A stretch of 64,000 bases of DNA, taken from assembly GCF_001447785.1 (NCBI RefSeq), contig NW_015168090.1:688720-752719 (forward strand). The letters run 5' to 3'. Below the pieces are notes generated by a model. The model was given only the letters and a program-made list of their open reading frames with translations, searched no databases and was not told the DNA's origin. Shown here piece after piece: positions 25,201 through 37,299 of this stretch. The translations under genes and the position numbers were made by a program. Each line of letters starts with the position of its first letter. The first letter of the stretch is position 1. This stretch comes from Gekko japonicus. Its lineage: Eukaryota.

Positions 25201-26428
25201 GCCAGATGACTGTTCTTTCTGCTAGCGCTGGGAAAGTTATATGTGAAATGAAAGTTGAAGAAGAGCACACCAACCGCGGAGGAACTTTGCATGGAGGGTT
25301 GACAGCAACTCTGGTAGATGTTGTATCAACTGCTGCTTTGATGTACACTGAAAGACAAGCACCTGGAGTCAGTGTGGATATGAACATCAGGTATGTACCT
25401 AAGAGGCAAGATTGATTTCAGTGCTGGCTTTCATTTAACATAGCTTTGATTTTACAGTTTCACTTCTGGAGTATGCCACATATACAAAAGAAATCTTTAT
25501 TTTTATGGTTCTGAGGTGCTGCTAGTAGCTACTGTGTTTTTTAAAAGATCATTCCTGGTATTTAAGGCCTCAAAGCTTTATACCTGTTGTCTGAGAACCT
25601 GTGACTGATTTGTTCGCATAGGATTGCACCATAAAGCCAGAGTTATTTCAGTTATAGAATAATAGGCATAGGATGGCACTGCTAATCATTTTTGGTTACA
25701 TTTAAGCTTGAAGCATTTAATTGTTTTTTTTTAAATAGACAGAACTTACTTCTCTTACTGCTGCTTCATCTTAGCATCTTAGGAGCTGGGTCATTATTCT
25801 CCGTTTGCAGTTCAGAAGCCGAGGCCAAGAGTGATTTGTTTAAGACTGCCCTGTAGAATCCATGCCAGAATATTGTTTCCCAAACCCTCCACTCCACCTG
25901 GCATAAGTTTTCACGAGCCAGCACAAAGTGCAATGTTCAGTTGGGAGGGAGGTGTGTTTGCAGGAGCTTTGTTTGTATGACAGTAGAGGCCTTATTTAGC
26001 TGCATTAGACAAACTTAACGACCCCTCTAGAATCTGTTATTAGGGAAGGCACTTTCTATCAGTATTTATTGCAAGGAGATAAAGTTGGCATCTATGACTT
26101 GCTCAACAGTGTGGTAAGTTAGGCTGAGAATGGCTGATCCAACAGTTGCTCAGTGAGCTGAATGGGGATTTGAACTCTGGTCCAGTCCTCTGTCGTATGC
26201 ACCACACTGGCTCTTCTTTGTAACTTTAACGTGCAACATCTTTTTTTTCTTCCCCCACTCCATTCAAGCTATATGTCAGCAGCTAAGATTGGAGATGAAA
26301 TCCTGATCACTGCAGAGGTTCTAAAGCAAGGTAGAAGCTTGGCATTTGCCAATGTGGATTTAACAAGCAAGGCAACTGGAAAGTTGATAGCCCAAGGAAG
26401 GCATACAAAATTCCTGGGACACAATTAG
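19161..26428 (+). CDS. ACOT13: Acyl-CoA thioesterase 13 (THEM2, hotdog fold), spliced CDS (3 exons, 142 aa)
   Basis: Exons 19161-19244, 25206-25390 and 26269-26428 sum to 429 nt. Motifs HTNRGGTLHGGLTATLVD, PGVSVDMNISYM and IAQGRHTKF. Confidence 0.97.
19933..20493 (-). mobile_element. SINE with Sauria-like head/body and an L2-type tail
   Basis: The reverse strand shares cggtggc.cag, gtgagct, agc.gttcgaaagc, agtagataaa and ggtaccact with Sauria SINE. It then ends in tgtaaatcgctcagag...aataaa plus an A-rich tract. Confidence 0.6.
20627..23568 (+). mobile_element. CR1 LINE, 5'-truncated, young (endonuclease + RT, 3' UTR, (TTCTTATG)n tail)
   Basis: 891-codon open frame with GDFNYP, ILDLVL, SDHN, GVPQGSVLGP, FADDTK and ERDLGV. 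The 3' end is tcttatgttcttatgttct. Confidence 0.97.
20637..23312 (+). CDS. CR1 ORF2 (APE endonuclease partial + reverse transcriptase), uninterrupted after a 5' frameshift
   Basis: ORF track 891 aa. ENQWDTVIPGY lies in another frame at ~20628-20661, indicating a frameshift near 20665. Confidence 0.85.
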   Translation: MGHGDSRLYILYRKDSGGRVGGGVALYVREGIKSRKIERLSEVDSLLEVLWVEIGGPKGNLTLGVCYRPPDQKIEEDYKMMNALKIATRQKHCVIIGDFNYPHIDWVNMCSSREKEIEFLDTLNDCAMEQMVTEPTRGEAILDLVLSNTQDLVRDVKVIAPLGNSDHNVVEFIICTNRELAKKTHTTIFNFKRGNFSDMRGHVGRKLKGKVERVKTIGEAWDLFKTTILEAQKIYIPQVRKGTNRYRKKPAWLTNRVMEAVKSKKNSFKQWKASHSEADKTEHRLWQIKCKSEVRQAKREYEEHIAKNVKTNNKTFFKYIRNRKPAREAVGPLDDQGVKGVLKDDREMAEKLNAFFASVFTVEDEKCLPTPEPLISGGVLEDLSQIEVMREEVLKLIDNLKTEKSPGPDGIHPRVLKELKCELVDLLTKICNLSLKSASIPEDWKVANVTPIFKKGSRGDPGNYRPVSLTSIPGKLVETIIKERISRHIDEQNLLRQTQHGFCKGRSCLTNLLVFFEGVNKHVDKGDPIDIIYLDFQKAFDKVPHQRLLSKLKNHGIEGQVLLWIKNWLVHRKQRVSVGGQFSQWRVVSSGVPQGSVLGPLLFNLFINDLEMGVSSEVAKFADDTKLFRVVKTSEDCEALQGDLSRMGEWASTWQMGFNVAKCKVMHIGAKNPKYKYTLMGSELAETDQERDLGVVVDNSLKMSRQCVTAIKKANAMLGIIRKGIENRSANIIMPLYKSMVRPHLEYCVQFWAPHLKKDIIALEKVQKRATRMIKGLEHFPYEERLKHLGLFSLEKRRLRGDMIEVYKIMHGKEQVKKEVLFSLSHNTRTRGHSMKLQSGRVRTDKRKYFFTQRVINTWNSLPQEVVAATIMDGFKRELDKHMEQRSISGY
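23784..23856. repeat. Local direct repeat, 29-bp unit twice with a 44-bp period
   Basis: gtgaattgttttgtacgtagcagggaagc at 23784 and 23828. Confidence 0.85.
24024..24229 (-). mobile_element. hAT MITE (same family as 11061)
   Basis: TIRs caatgctccctccaagct / agcttagagggaacactg; TSD gttctatt/cttctatt. Confidence 0.88.
25206..25390 (+). CDS. ACOT13: ACOT13 exon 2
   Basis: gccag acceptor, AG|gtatgt donor, 185 nt. Confidence 0.96.
26269..26428 (+). CDS. ACOT13: ACOT13 exon 3
   Basis: Polypyrimidine tract plus ttcaag acceptor; TAG at 26426-26428. Confidence 0.96.
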
Positions 26429-26627
26429 AAGGAAGTGATCACTTTGAGAAAAAGGTATGGAGTTACATAACAAACGAAGTAGCCAAAAAAACGATGGGGT
26501 ATGAAGTGATACTGTTTGGATCCTGTTTTATGTCTGGCCCCAATTCAGTTTCATGATTCCATTTTATTATTTTAAATGTGTTTTTATTGTAAACCAGCAT
26601 GGGCTTTTGGATGGTGTAGATAGATGT

Positions 26628-26633
26628 AATAAA
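26628..26633 (+). terminator. ACOT13 polyadenylation signal AATAAA
   Basis: 200 nt after the stop, followed by U/GU-rich sequence. Confidence 0.7.
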
Positions 26634-26978
26634 GCTGTTTTAATTTAAGAAATGTCTCTTATAGTTGATGTGAATTTGAATCTTGAAGCACTTCAGGACA
26701 GAAGAAGAGTTGACAGCGAAGGGATGAAAACATTCCTGTCCGGCCTGGAGACGATCCTCAGCTGTTGAAGTGGGTGAACTATTAATGGGATAGGCTTCTG
26801 CTGCTGGTGGCTTTGAACTATTCTTCTTGTAATTGCTCCTGGAGACATTGTGTGCATGTACTTCACAGAGATTTTCATACCCTAAAACGAGTGTTTAAAA
26901 TGTACCAGAAGCTCTCTTCTCTAACTTCAAGCTTACTGAGTAGTATTGAACACTGCGGACTTAATAGGTATTACGATG

Positions 26979-27737
26979 TGTGACGACCCCTTATCTGGGG
27001 AGGCCGGGTTCCACTTTAAAAGTGTTCTTTTTATTTTGTTCTATTGGGGATATCCGGCTGCCACCAGGAAATTTAAGGCTTTCCAAACCTTTATACTTTT
27101 ACTTTTGTTATCACTGGGTAGGTAGGTCGAGTGTAAGGCTTATAGGGAACTATGTGGTCCCGGGAAGTATTTCTTTCAGAGCTGATATGCTTAAATAAAA
27201 ATAGATTTATTGAAATACTTCATAAATAAAAAGGTATAACAAAGTAACTGGTAATGTGAATATTCTGATAAATTGTTTGGTGTCCCACACAAGCCCTACT
27301 CCCTTCCTCTACAGGGATTTATCAGGTAACTTTGTAACCCTTTAACTCAAGATCATCTACGTTTCTTGTTTCTCTCCAGTCTGTCACTGAGACTTTCATA
27401 TAATTTCTGTTCTCTTAAACTTTACTTTACTGTTTCATATACATTCAACTTTTTTCCATACACAGAACTAACTCCTATATCACACACAAGACTGCTTCTC
27501 CCACAGACTTCAGAACTAACTAAAACGTATCCACTGTCTTCATCAACTGTCAAACCTGTAACTGTCACTCTTGACAGACATATTCATCCACTCAGAGCCA
27601 CTTCCAAAACCCCTCCCCCTCTCTGTCAATTACCAATCACACCACACTTGTCTCTTCAACCACTCTATTCTATCACACAGCCAGGCAACCAAACTTTTAA
27701 AGAGACACACACACATATAAAACAAGGAATCATTACA
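26979..27737 (-). mobile_element. Solo LTR (Gypsy-like)
   Basis: Termini TGTGACG...CATTACA and flanks cgatg/cgagg. Its 3' part resembles the element at 43160-43574. Confidence 0.6.
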
Positions 27738-27976
27738 CGAGGGTATTATCCTCTGCCTCAAAATTGTGAGGATAGTTTAGGAGTATCTCAGTAGATAGAC
27801 TTCAGGTCCTGAGTAGGACACTCTTGGGTTGTCCATTCCTGTATACACTTAGGGCAAGGACATTAAAAGATGTCAGACCAAGCTTCCTGGCTCCAAAGCC
27901 TCATAGAGAGCTCCCACTGCCTACCTACAAGCTGCATTCCCCCTTGCTTTCTGAAGAGCTTCTTACATCATTGCGG

Positions 27977-28840
27977 CATAAGAACATAAGAGATGCCAAT
28001 GTTGGATCAGGCCAAAGGCCCATCCAGTCCAACACTCTGTATCACACAGTGGCCAGAAATACCAGTGCCATCAGGAGGTCCACCAGTGGGGCCAGGACAT
28101 TAGAAGCCCTCCCACTGTTGACCCCCCCCAAGCACCAAGATGACAGAGCATCACTTGCCCCAGAGTCCCTATCTATACCTTGTGGCTAATATCCACTGAT
28201 GGACCTCTGCTCCATATGCTTATCTAATTCCCTTTTCAAGCCGTCCATGCTTGTAGCCGCCACCACTTCCTGTGGCAGTGAATTCAAAGTGTGAATCACT
28301 CTTTGGGTGAAGAAGTACTTCCTTTTATCCGTTTTAACCCAACCACTCAGCAATTTCATGGAGTGCCCACGAGTTCTTGTATTGTGAGAAAGGGAGAAAA
28401 GTACCTCTTTCTCTACCTGCTCTTTCCCATGCATAATCTTATAAACCTCAATCATGTCATTCCTCAGTCGTCGTTTCTCCAAGCTAAAGAGCCCTAAGCG
28501 CCTTAACCTTTCCTCATAGGGAAAGTGTTCCAACCCTTTTATCATTCGAGTTGCCCTTTTCTGCACTTTTTCCAAAGCTATAATATCCTTTTTAAGGTGT
28601 GGTGACCAGAATTGCACACAGTATTCCAAATGAGGTTGCACCATTGATTTATATAGGGGCATTATGATATTGGCTGATCTGTTTTCAATACCCTTCCTAA
28701 TAATCCCCAGCATAGCATTGGCCTTCTTTATTGCAGTCACACACTGCCTCGAGATTTTCAGTGAGTTATCTACAACAACTCCAAGATCTCTCTCTTGATC
28801 AGTCTCTGCCAGTTCAGACCCCATCAACGTGTATTTATAC
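27977..28840 (-). mobile_element. CR1 LINE 3' fragment, close relative of the 20627 copy, inverted
   Basis: The 218-aa ORF is nearly identical to the C-terminus of the 891-aa ORF. Tail cataagaacataag on the + strand. Confidence 0.95.
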
Positions 28841-29441
28841 ACTCACTGGTGCTCCGATGTCACTTGCAGCCCGCAGATTTACATCCAGGGCTGTTGGAAG
28901 TCCTGCAGTAAGAGAGTGCATCACACGTTGAATCTGTTTTGCTGAAGGAAGTTCAGTGTGGAAAGAAAACAAGCTGATTTTGAATAAAATGGTTTTAATA
29001 AAAGCTGCATTTACTGTGCATAATTTACTTTTCAGGTATATTCTTATCCTTTTAATTAAAGTGAAAATAAGGGGATAGCCATCTGTTTATTCATTTCCCT
29101 TGTAAATTTGTTTACATTTTTTTTTAAGGCGTAGAATAAAAAGAAATTCTAAAATGTTTGTTAACTATGTTCCAGCTGATTCTGCCTGGTCTTAAATGGG
29201 TTGTATTTACATAAATGTGCATTTATGTACATTCTCCATATGCTTATCTTTAAAGACATGAATGGGCATATTCTGAAGTCTGAGATGATTTGCAATGTAG
29301 TACATTAGGTCTCTTTAAATACTTTTTCAGTTTGGGAATCCACTATATATATTACATGTGGGCATGCATATGAGGCAGCAATAAATGATTAAGAACCCCC
29401 CTGTGTAACACTGCAGCACTCCTTTGTCTAATGCTATAGAG

Positions 29442-29930
29442 CAGGGGTGTCAAACATGCAGCCAGTGGGCCAGATCAGGCCTTTGGAGGGCTCCTATTTA
29501 GCCCGCAAGGAACTGGTTGTCTCCTGCTTCTTTCTCCAGTTCTGCTGCTGCTGCTGCATCGCAGCTTGCTTTACCAGACTCTCTCAATCACACAGGAGAG
29601 ACAGATAGAAGAGCTACCGTTCCCTGCACTGGCTGAGGCTCCTCCAGGGGAAGGGAGGGAACAAGCCAGAGTTTGCTTCCTGGCCAGGCTGCCTCAATTA
29701 CACAGGAGACAAAGGCAAGCCTTTCTTTCCTTCCATTGGCTGAGGCTCCTCCCTTTCCTCCTACCTTGCTTTGCTCAGCTGCCTCAATCGCAGCTGCAGC
29801 TCTCCTGGCTGCAGCCATGGTGCCAGAAAAGAGGGAAAGGAAGTTTTTAAACATTTTAAAAAGAATTTTGTCAAAGAGGTTCTGAACTCCATCCTGGCAT
29901 GTTCCCCCAGAAAAAAAGCCCCACGTGCCC
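29442..29930 (+). mobile_element. hAT-Charlie-like DNA transposon fragment
   Basis: Starts caggggtgtcaaac...ggccagatcaggcc; the right terminus was not found and the end is approximate. Confidence 0.5.
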
Positions 29931-31482
29931 TCATGATCCAGTCTTTCTCAGTAGGAAAGCCATGTGAACTATTCAGATGAGGAATAACAACAAACCAGTG
30001 AGGTGGATTAAACTGACAGTGTATGTCCAGACCAAGTTCATGCAGCACATTTCCTTGGTAGACTTGAGATTTTGAACCCAGACTTCCCAGATAGTAGTCT
30101 GATAGTGACCACTCTAAGCAGCATAAAAGTACAATGTACAGGATAGATGTCTGGTCCAGTTTAAAAAGAACTGAACAGGACTTGTCTAGAAAGAGGCAAT
30201 GGTGCTGCTCAGAGTTAAGAGCTTGTGAGAATAGATGGCTGCTCTTAATTCTGTGCAAACAGTGAAATTTTTATGCTGTTTGTATACATTGTTGATACAC
30301 AGCTGGATCAGAATGTTTCCTGCCAATATAAAGCCATTCCCCCCCCCCCATGGAAAGGGGCAAACTTTCATCATTTGCCCCCCTCTGCCTGCAGACTCCT
30401 GCACTGCCAGCCAGGGTTCCCCTATTCCCAAGGTGCAGTGTTTAAGGGAAGTCAATAAACTGCTAGGGAGACGCAGGAAGTTCTGTTCAGCTAGCAGAGC
30501 TGATAGTAGTATGGATGAAGGCCATAGTTTCCACGTTTTGCTGAATTTTTTAAAGCTTCAAGGTACCAAAAAATATCAATAGATGTCATGTTTAGGATCT
30601 CTGCTCAGATATATGCAAGAAATAGAAAGATTTGACAGTTTTTATTGTACCTTTGCATTTGAGGGGTGGTAGAATCATCTGCCACTTCACATGTTGACAA
30701 AGATGACTAAGATGCTTCAGAATGACAGCTCATCCATATGCAGCCAGTCTTTAGTTTGTTACTTACCATCTTGTGAATTAGGAGTGTCTAGCTAGCTGTA
30801 CCATAATTGCAACAAAATACTGCTTCATACCCTGGTTCACTTTGGTGACATGGGTTGTAGTGGAAAGAATAACTTGTAATTATGAACGGGACCATTAAAG
30901 AGAACACACGTACTCAGAAAGGGCAGGATCTTCAATTGCTTTCAAGACGTACAATGCGATGTTAAATGAACCATAACAGTCAAACTCTGAGTAACTGGAA
31001 TCAGGATTGACCACATCATAACTCCCCATTTCTTCAGCACAAGGTTTGAATGAAATAAACACAGCACTAACTTTATATAGGTTGTTCCACTACACTTATA
31101 CTTCCCTCATACAGCCCAATTTACTCAAATTAGCAGTTGTAGGTGCTAATTAAACCAATTCTTGAATCTTCCTGCTAAGACTCTCTGGTGCAATACATCT
31201 AATGTGTTTTATGACAGGCATTGTATTTTGAATAGCTACTGTCACTATGCACGTCCACATAAATAAATGTAAACATGTTGTTACTTACATGACTGACAGT
31301 GTGCAGTTAAAAGAAACAGAATAAAATCATAGCTTTTATATTTCAATCAGTGGTTTATATTATGCATTTTCTCTCTTATTTTGACATTACTGCAAACCAC
31401 TTTCTGTTTGAAGAATGAAATAAGCATTCTAAGCAAAATGATCTTTATAAATAAGCATTGCAGTCGCTGTTCACCTAATTTG

Positions 31483-31488
31483 TTTATT
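31483..31488 (-). terminator. Candidate C6orf62 polyadenylation signal
   Basis: tttatt on the + strand, ~1.1 kb past the stop in an AT-rich repeat-free 3' UTR. Confidence 0.5.
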
Positions 31489-32608
31489 TCCAATTTTTCC
31501 CAATTTCAAATAAAAGCTAAATACAGATTTTTTTTAAACAGATAAGCACTAGTTTTACCCAAAGGGAATAGGCTTATACAGATTTACTTCAGTAAATTAC
31601 TCAATCCTTAAGCAAAGCATTCTTTGCCAAAACTATGCAGTAGTCTTCCTTATGTTCATTGCACAATCTTTAACAAAATGTTGTCAAAACCAATTTTGAC
31701 ACTCCAAATAATATTTTACAATTAAATCCACAACTGCTTTCGAGTATTTTACTCCACCCCACCCCCACCCCAAGAACCTCAGAGGGTTTTCCGTAAGAAA
31801 TGTTTTGGAAACCAGAATTTCCTACACAGTTCACCAGCAAGTTTACAAGTCAACTCTCAGGAAAAAAAATCCTCTGCCAACAGAGTTTCTGCAGCTGCTA
31901 TTTTTAAATTTAGCTGCTTTAGGCTACTTCAGACTCCAGGTCTGTAAAAATGTATTCAACTCAACAGAACACTCTACATTTAGTTATAACAGCAAACTGG
32001 GGAAAGAGATCCAAAATGAGAATGCCAGTAAATGCAAACATGGCCAAGCAAAATAAAAGAGGCAGTTAATGCCTATACCAAATGAGATGCTTTTTTTCTT
32101 TGTAAGATTTCTCTCCCATGTTTAGCCTTCTACTGCAACAGCCATAGAACTATTATCAGAATGAATCTGACAGAGCTCTGAGACAATCATGTTAACAGCA
32201 AAGCTTATAAGGCCTTTGCACCATTATGTTCACTTCTCACCCTATGAATACTGATACTGGGGGACGTGGCCAGCACAAATGGGAACACCACCATAAATGA
32301 TCACTTTGTGCTCTCAGATACATTCCTTTCAGTGTATAACAGTCCCTTCATTTCACATTTTGGTAGGATGCCCATGCAATGCAGAAATATGCAGAGCATT
32401 CTCTTTCACAAAGTCCATGCAGAAAACATCTAAAAAAAAATTTAAAGTTCTGAGATACAAATGATAAAAGAAAATAATCCAGGATGATCAAGTTCCACGA
32501 TGGATAGTGTTCTGAACATGTGTCCATTTTCTTCTATTCCGAAATAACAAATGGCGAGAAAGGTGAAAACTGCATTCTGTGATCTTTCCCATTTTGCTGG
32601 CCAGTACC

Positions 32609-32734
32609 CTATTCTGGCATGTAAGGACGGAGGTGATCCTCTATGGTACCAACCGCCCAGTGGGTGAGCTGCTCCTGTGGCAGATACAGGCAGATGCTGC
32701 ATAACTTGAAGATTGTAGCTTTGTTTTTTGGAGT
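32609..32734 (-). CDS. C6orf62: C6orf62 coding exon 5
   Basis: [22 protein letters not shown]...PYMPE*. Confidence 0.95.
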   Translation of the reverse strand, partial: TPKNKATIFKLCSICLYLPQEQLTHWAVGTIEDHLRPYMPE

Positions 32735-35700
32735 CTGGAAAGAAATACATACATCTATTTCAGACCCAAGTTGCTTTATACAACACTGTCCACTCATCTT
32801 TTTAGAAGAAACATGCAACTAAAGGATGCTGCCAAAAATCACAGCAAAGATGTAACACTCCATAGTGTTGCCTGAATACAGAAATTTATCTTCTCAGCAA
32901 AGAGACTGTACCTACAGCCTTTTCTGAATGCATACATAAGTTCCAGGAGTGGCACCTCTGCAAACAACAAAGCTGGTGATACACACATGCAAATCCCTAC
33001 TCTTCAATTCTATACCTATCAGGGATAAACCTGACCAAAATATTTCACTGCACTCTCAAAAACAGGGAAGGCAAAAGCAACCATGTTACTTAACACTATA
33101 TTCTACAACATTGATTGTGCCTGTTACATAGTACGTATTGTGTCATAAAAAGAACCCGGATATCCCAGCCATTTCAGCGTTCTGCTATGGCAAATGGCTT
33201 TATTTGTACCTACTGCTATTTAAGTCTCACACAAACAATTCCTTTAATGGCATTTCATAAAAGTAAAACATAATATTGGAGACATAAAATTCAGTTTCTG
33301 AATAAAATAGGACTCCATAAAAATACCCTGCATTGGACACTTACTGTCAGCTTCAGCTGAACTGACTGCTGTGAAAGCAAGATAAAAGAAAATTAAGAGA
33401 ACAATTATTCACTGGGATAAGCCTTCTTACCTGCAAGTGCTGTCTGTCAATGAAGAGAAACACTGACTGGTTAGGGTTGTTGATAACAATTCCAGTCTTG
33501 TCCTTTCGGCTCAGTACATGCAGAAACTGTTTTTCGTAGTCCCCATGATGAAATTCAAACCTGGCCTGTAGGAAGAATATTAGTTTTTAAAAAGGAGATA
33601 TAAGTTTAAGCATCTTCCAGATTAACTATATTCACTTATAAAATAGATCAGCTCGAAATTATAGCTGTTGAAGAAATAAGAGTTTATGGGACATTATTGT
33701 GAACGCATCTCCCTTTCTCTCCAATTCTAACAGAATGGGATGGATCAAAAGAATCAAAGATAGAAGAAAAGTAGTCACAAATGTTCTGTGTGCTAGGGTC
33801 AAGTTTGTGAACCACTGTGATGGCAGAGTTTATGCTGCCATTTACACTTGGTCAGCAATCACAAATAATCTGCTCTTATGCAACATTCTATCATATGGAG
33901 TGAAATGGTCCTCCCACAAGCAGAATACACCTCCTGCATGCAGAAGGGCATCTCAGCATCCAAACCAGCAAGTCCATGCTTACTTTTTCTATTACGAAAC
34001 CAATTCTAGCACACATTCAAAATGCTGCACTCCATACATACAAATTACTGATGCAAAGCAGCCTCAGACAACCACAGTTTGCCACATGGATTAAACCTTC
34101 TATATTGCAGAGCTGAATAAATTTTATCCTAACATCACCTTAACCTGAAATGTTTTTGCATGTCCATTCAGTGACAGCATCTTTATACTAGCATTTAAAT
34201 AGAAAAGGGGGGGGGGGAGTCAGAATGGTTCAAGACTAACTTTATGACCAATATAAGAAAAGGTAGGATTTCATTATGTGTTAGTGTCTTATTCAGGATT
34301 GACTGTGGTAGATTGTCCTAAACATACATCATACCTGAACAGGCCTAAAGGGCTCATCATCAGATCCCTTCCACCTAGAAAAAAGAAGACAAACTATCTT
34401 CTCAATATCATTCCGAGGCCAAAGTATGAAGTCCATCTCCTGTGTACAGCCAATCACATCCTAAAAGGAAGGAAGAATTTCAGTTGCTGAAATAAAATCA
34501 CTTTCCACAGTATGAAAACATATACTCACTGAATGCGGAGAAGCAGCAATAGCCGTATTTCAAACTGCACATATAGCGTTCATAAAAGCACAATAGCATA
34601 TATTCTACACTTCCTCTCACAAACGCAGACTTGGCCAGACCTAAGGATACAACTCCTTATTAGTACTCCCTATTCTGCTCTTAATTTTAGAATAAAGTTC
34701 CATAACACAGCATACTTTTCTAACTTAGATTTCTACTACAGAAAACCGATCCCTACCCTATTTTTTTTACTTCATCATGGTAATACATTCTACATTTAAA
34801 CATACACCCCACTAAAAAAAAAACCTCCCTCAAAATTTTATCCTCTTGGTGTTTTACATGCTCAGCTACAAAGACTATCAAGAAGTATGCTGTTTTATCA
34901 CATTACATTCTCATGCTGTATTTTATAACAGTAAAAAAATTACTGTATGGACATTTGCCCTTATCAGAAATATTAAAATCAAATGTTTATGTTCATTAAG
35001 GTATTTTACCTAAGTAGCTAACCACACGTTATAAGCCAGGGCCCAACTTGTATCACTTTATTTTAGAAAACAGAATGAAAACAAATATTATTTTAAGAAG
35101 TCCTTTTCAACTTCTTTCAGTATTACAATACCCGCCCTTAATATTTTTTCAAGTTGATATACATCAGATGCCGGTGTCAGAAGATAAATTTAAAAAGATT
35201 AAGGACAATCATTTCCCCCTCTAGAGGCATGACCCAAAATACATTTTCAAAAATGGGTTATCTTTGCTATGCTACACTGCAAGCCCTTTATAACTCAGGT
35301 AAGTTCTCAGAGCAGTTTGCAATATACTGAAGGCCTTTTTTTTATGTAGAAGAACCCCAACTAGAACCAAGAATGAACACGGCCAAGAGAAAAACAAATG
35401 AATAGAACAACAAAAATTTATTTTACCCTGCGCATAGACTGATAGCGGGGTGCATGCAGCTGTACTACATCCTTTTGTAGAAGCTCTATGGAACTTTCCA
35501 AGGAATAGCTGGAATCCCGCACACCTTTCAGGATATTTTCTTCATAATTATTGGTCATGACTGGTATCACTTCAGACACTTCAAAGAGCGCTGACTTTTT
35601 CCTCTACCCAAAGAAAGCAAGTAAAGTAAGCACACTGTGTTTCATAAATTGCCAAACAATCTACAACTGCAACATTCAACATTTTGAACAATGTAAGGCG

Positions 35701-36351
35701 GAACATTACCCATTTCCCACACTAGAACTGGAGAACTTCCAGAACTGAATTAAGAAACAAATCAAGCCAAAGTTTCGTTCTTAAATCTTGTTGACTTCAA
35801 TAGACAATGCTAAAACATGTGCCTAAGTATCACCCATTAAATCAACAAGGAAAAAAAAGTACTGCACTTTGGCTGGTATTTTTCTCTGAATCCCATTTGG
35901 AATATGCCTGGATACGTGCTCTACCACAGTACATTACATTAACTCTCACCCTCTCAAAGCAAAGTTTCTGTTATTGTTCAGAATTCATAAATATCAAAAA
36001 ATAGAGTTTACAAAATGGTGTTATAAAGAGACTGCTACCAAACTAGGACTTGAGGTCAGTATTAAAAAGGTAAATAAAATCAATGCTTCAGCAGACTGAA
36101 GACTAATGAGAGCAAAGCCAAACTAATTTTTCTTATTTTTTTTGCTCCAGATCCCTAGAAAATGCTAATGAAGACAGCTAAATCACAACACAAAAATTGT
36201 ATAGAATGAGAAATGAGGTTACCTTGTCTTTGAATACAAAGGCAATATACATCTTGAAATCAAACTGGTCAGCTAGAGATTCTTTTTTCTTTTTAAGCTG
36301 AGCACGAAGTCTGTTCAGAGCTTGTTTCTTCCGGGAGTTTGGGTCCCCCAT
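32609..36351 (-). CDS. C6orf62: Uncharacterized protein C6orf62 ortholog, spliced CDS (5 exons, 230 aa)
   Basis: Exons 36223-36351, 35427-35603, 34335-34460, 33431-33565 and 32609-32734 sum to 693 nt. Translation [19 protein letters not shown]...[18 protein letters not shown] matches the recalled vertebrate C6orf62. Confidence 0.96.
33431..33565 (-). CDS. C6orf62: C6orf62 coding exon 4
   Basis: [14 protein letters not shown]...FIDRQHLQ; GT-AG boundaries. Confidence 0.95.
34335..34460 (-). CDS. C6orf62: C6orf62 coding exon 3
   Basis: [18 protein letters not shown]...PFRPVQ; GT-AG boundaries. Confidence 0.95.
35427..35603 (-). CDS. C6orf62: C6orf62 coding exon 2
   Basis: [22 protein letters not shown]...YQSMRR; GT-AG boundaries. 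Confidence 0.95.
36223..36351 (-). CDS. C6orf62: C6orf62 coding exon 1
   Basis: ATG at 36351; donor AAG|gtaacc. Confidence 0.95.
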
Positions 36352-37299
36352 TTTGTAATACAGATGGTAGGAAAGCCTTTGGAAACTGTCACTAAACTAT
36401 GGGCCCTTTTTTCACAAGACTCAAGTACAACAGAAACAAGTCATTTTATTCCTGCTAATACCACTGAATCGATAAAACATGGGCGTAACCCAAAAAATAC
36501 ACCTCAGGCTAACTGTTTTATGAGACTGTCTTATTAGAGGGGTCATAAAACAAAATAAGTAGTCCGACCATGGTTGGACAAGGAGACCTTGCACAGTATT
36601 ATCAAAAACCCAAACAAATTTGAAGAAACTGCGCTGATAATACACAGTTTAAACCACAGGAGTAAGTGGCCAAGGATGGGAAAAAAATCTTATCACAATT
36701 TGTGTGTATAACAAAAAACAATAACGGACACAGACCCAATCCATTTGGGCATGTGTGTGTTTTTTTGCCACAACAAAAATCCAAACAACAAAAACAAATC
36801 AAAGACAGTGTTCTACCCCACCCAGATTCATGACTCTGCTGATTATTCTCAAGATTTCTCTTTTTTTGCTATTGCTATACTGCCTGGCTTTTATTGTTAA
36901 GAATTATTACACTTGGTAGAAAGCAAAGGAGGGAATGCAGAAGAGGAGTGGATGTCCTGGGAGGTAATAAGTTTCCCTACCAACAACAAAATCATCAACC
37001 ACAGACAACAGGGTGCTGGTTCGCAGAGAAGCAAGGAGTTTGGAAAACAGAGTCATTTCTAACTTCATCCTACTCATTATCAGGCACAAGGTCGCCCTGA
37101 GGCCGTCTCTGTTCGCGAGAAGAGGAATCATGATGGCCATTGATAAGGGGAGGGAAGCGAAGGGGCAGTCTCTGGCCTAAAGGCTCTGAACGCGAGGTGA
37201 TCTCTGGATCTAGCGCTCCCCTAGCAAAGGAGAGAGGCCTACATCTCCCCCAACAGCCTGCCTGCTCGCTACGGTAGCTTTTCCACCGAAAAGGGGCGA

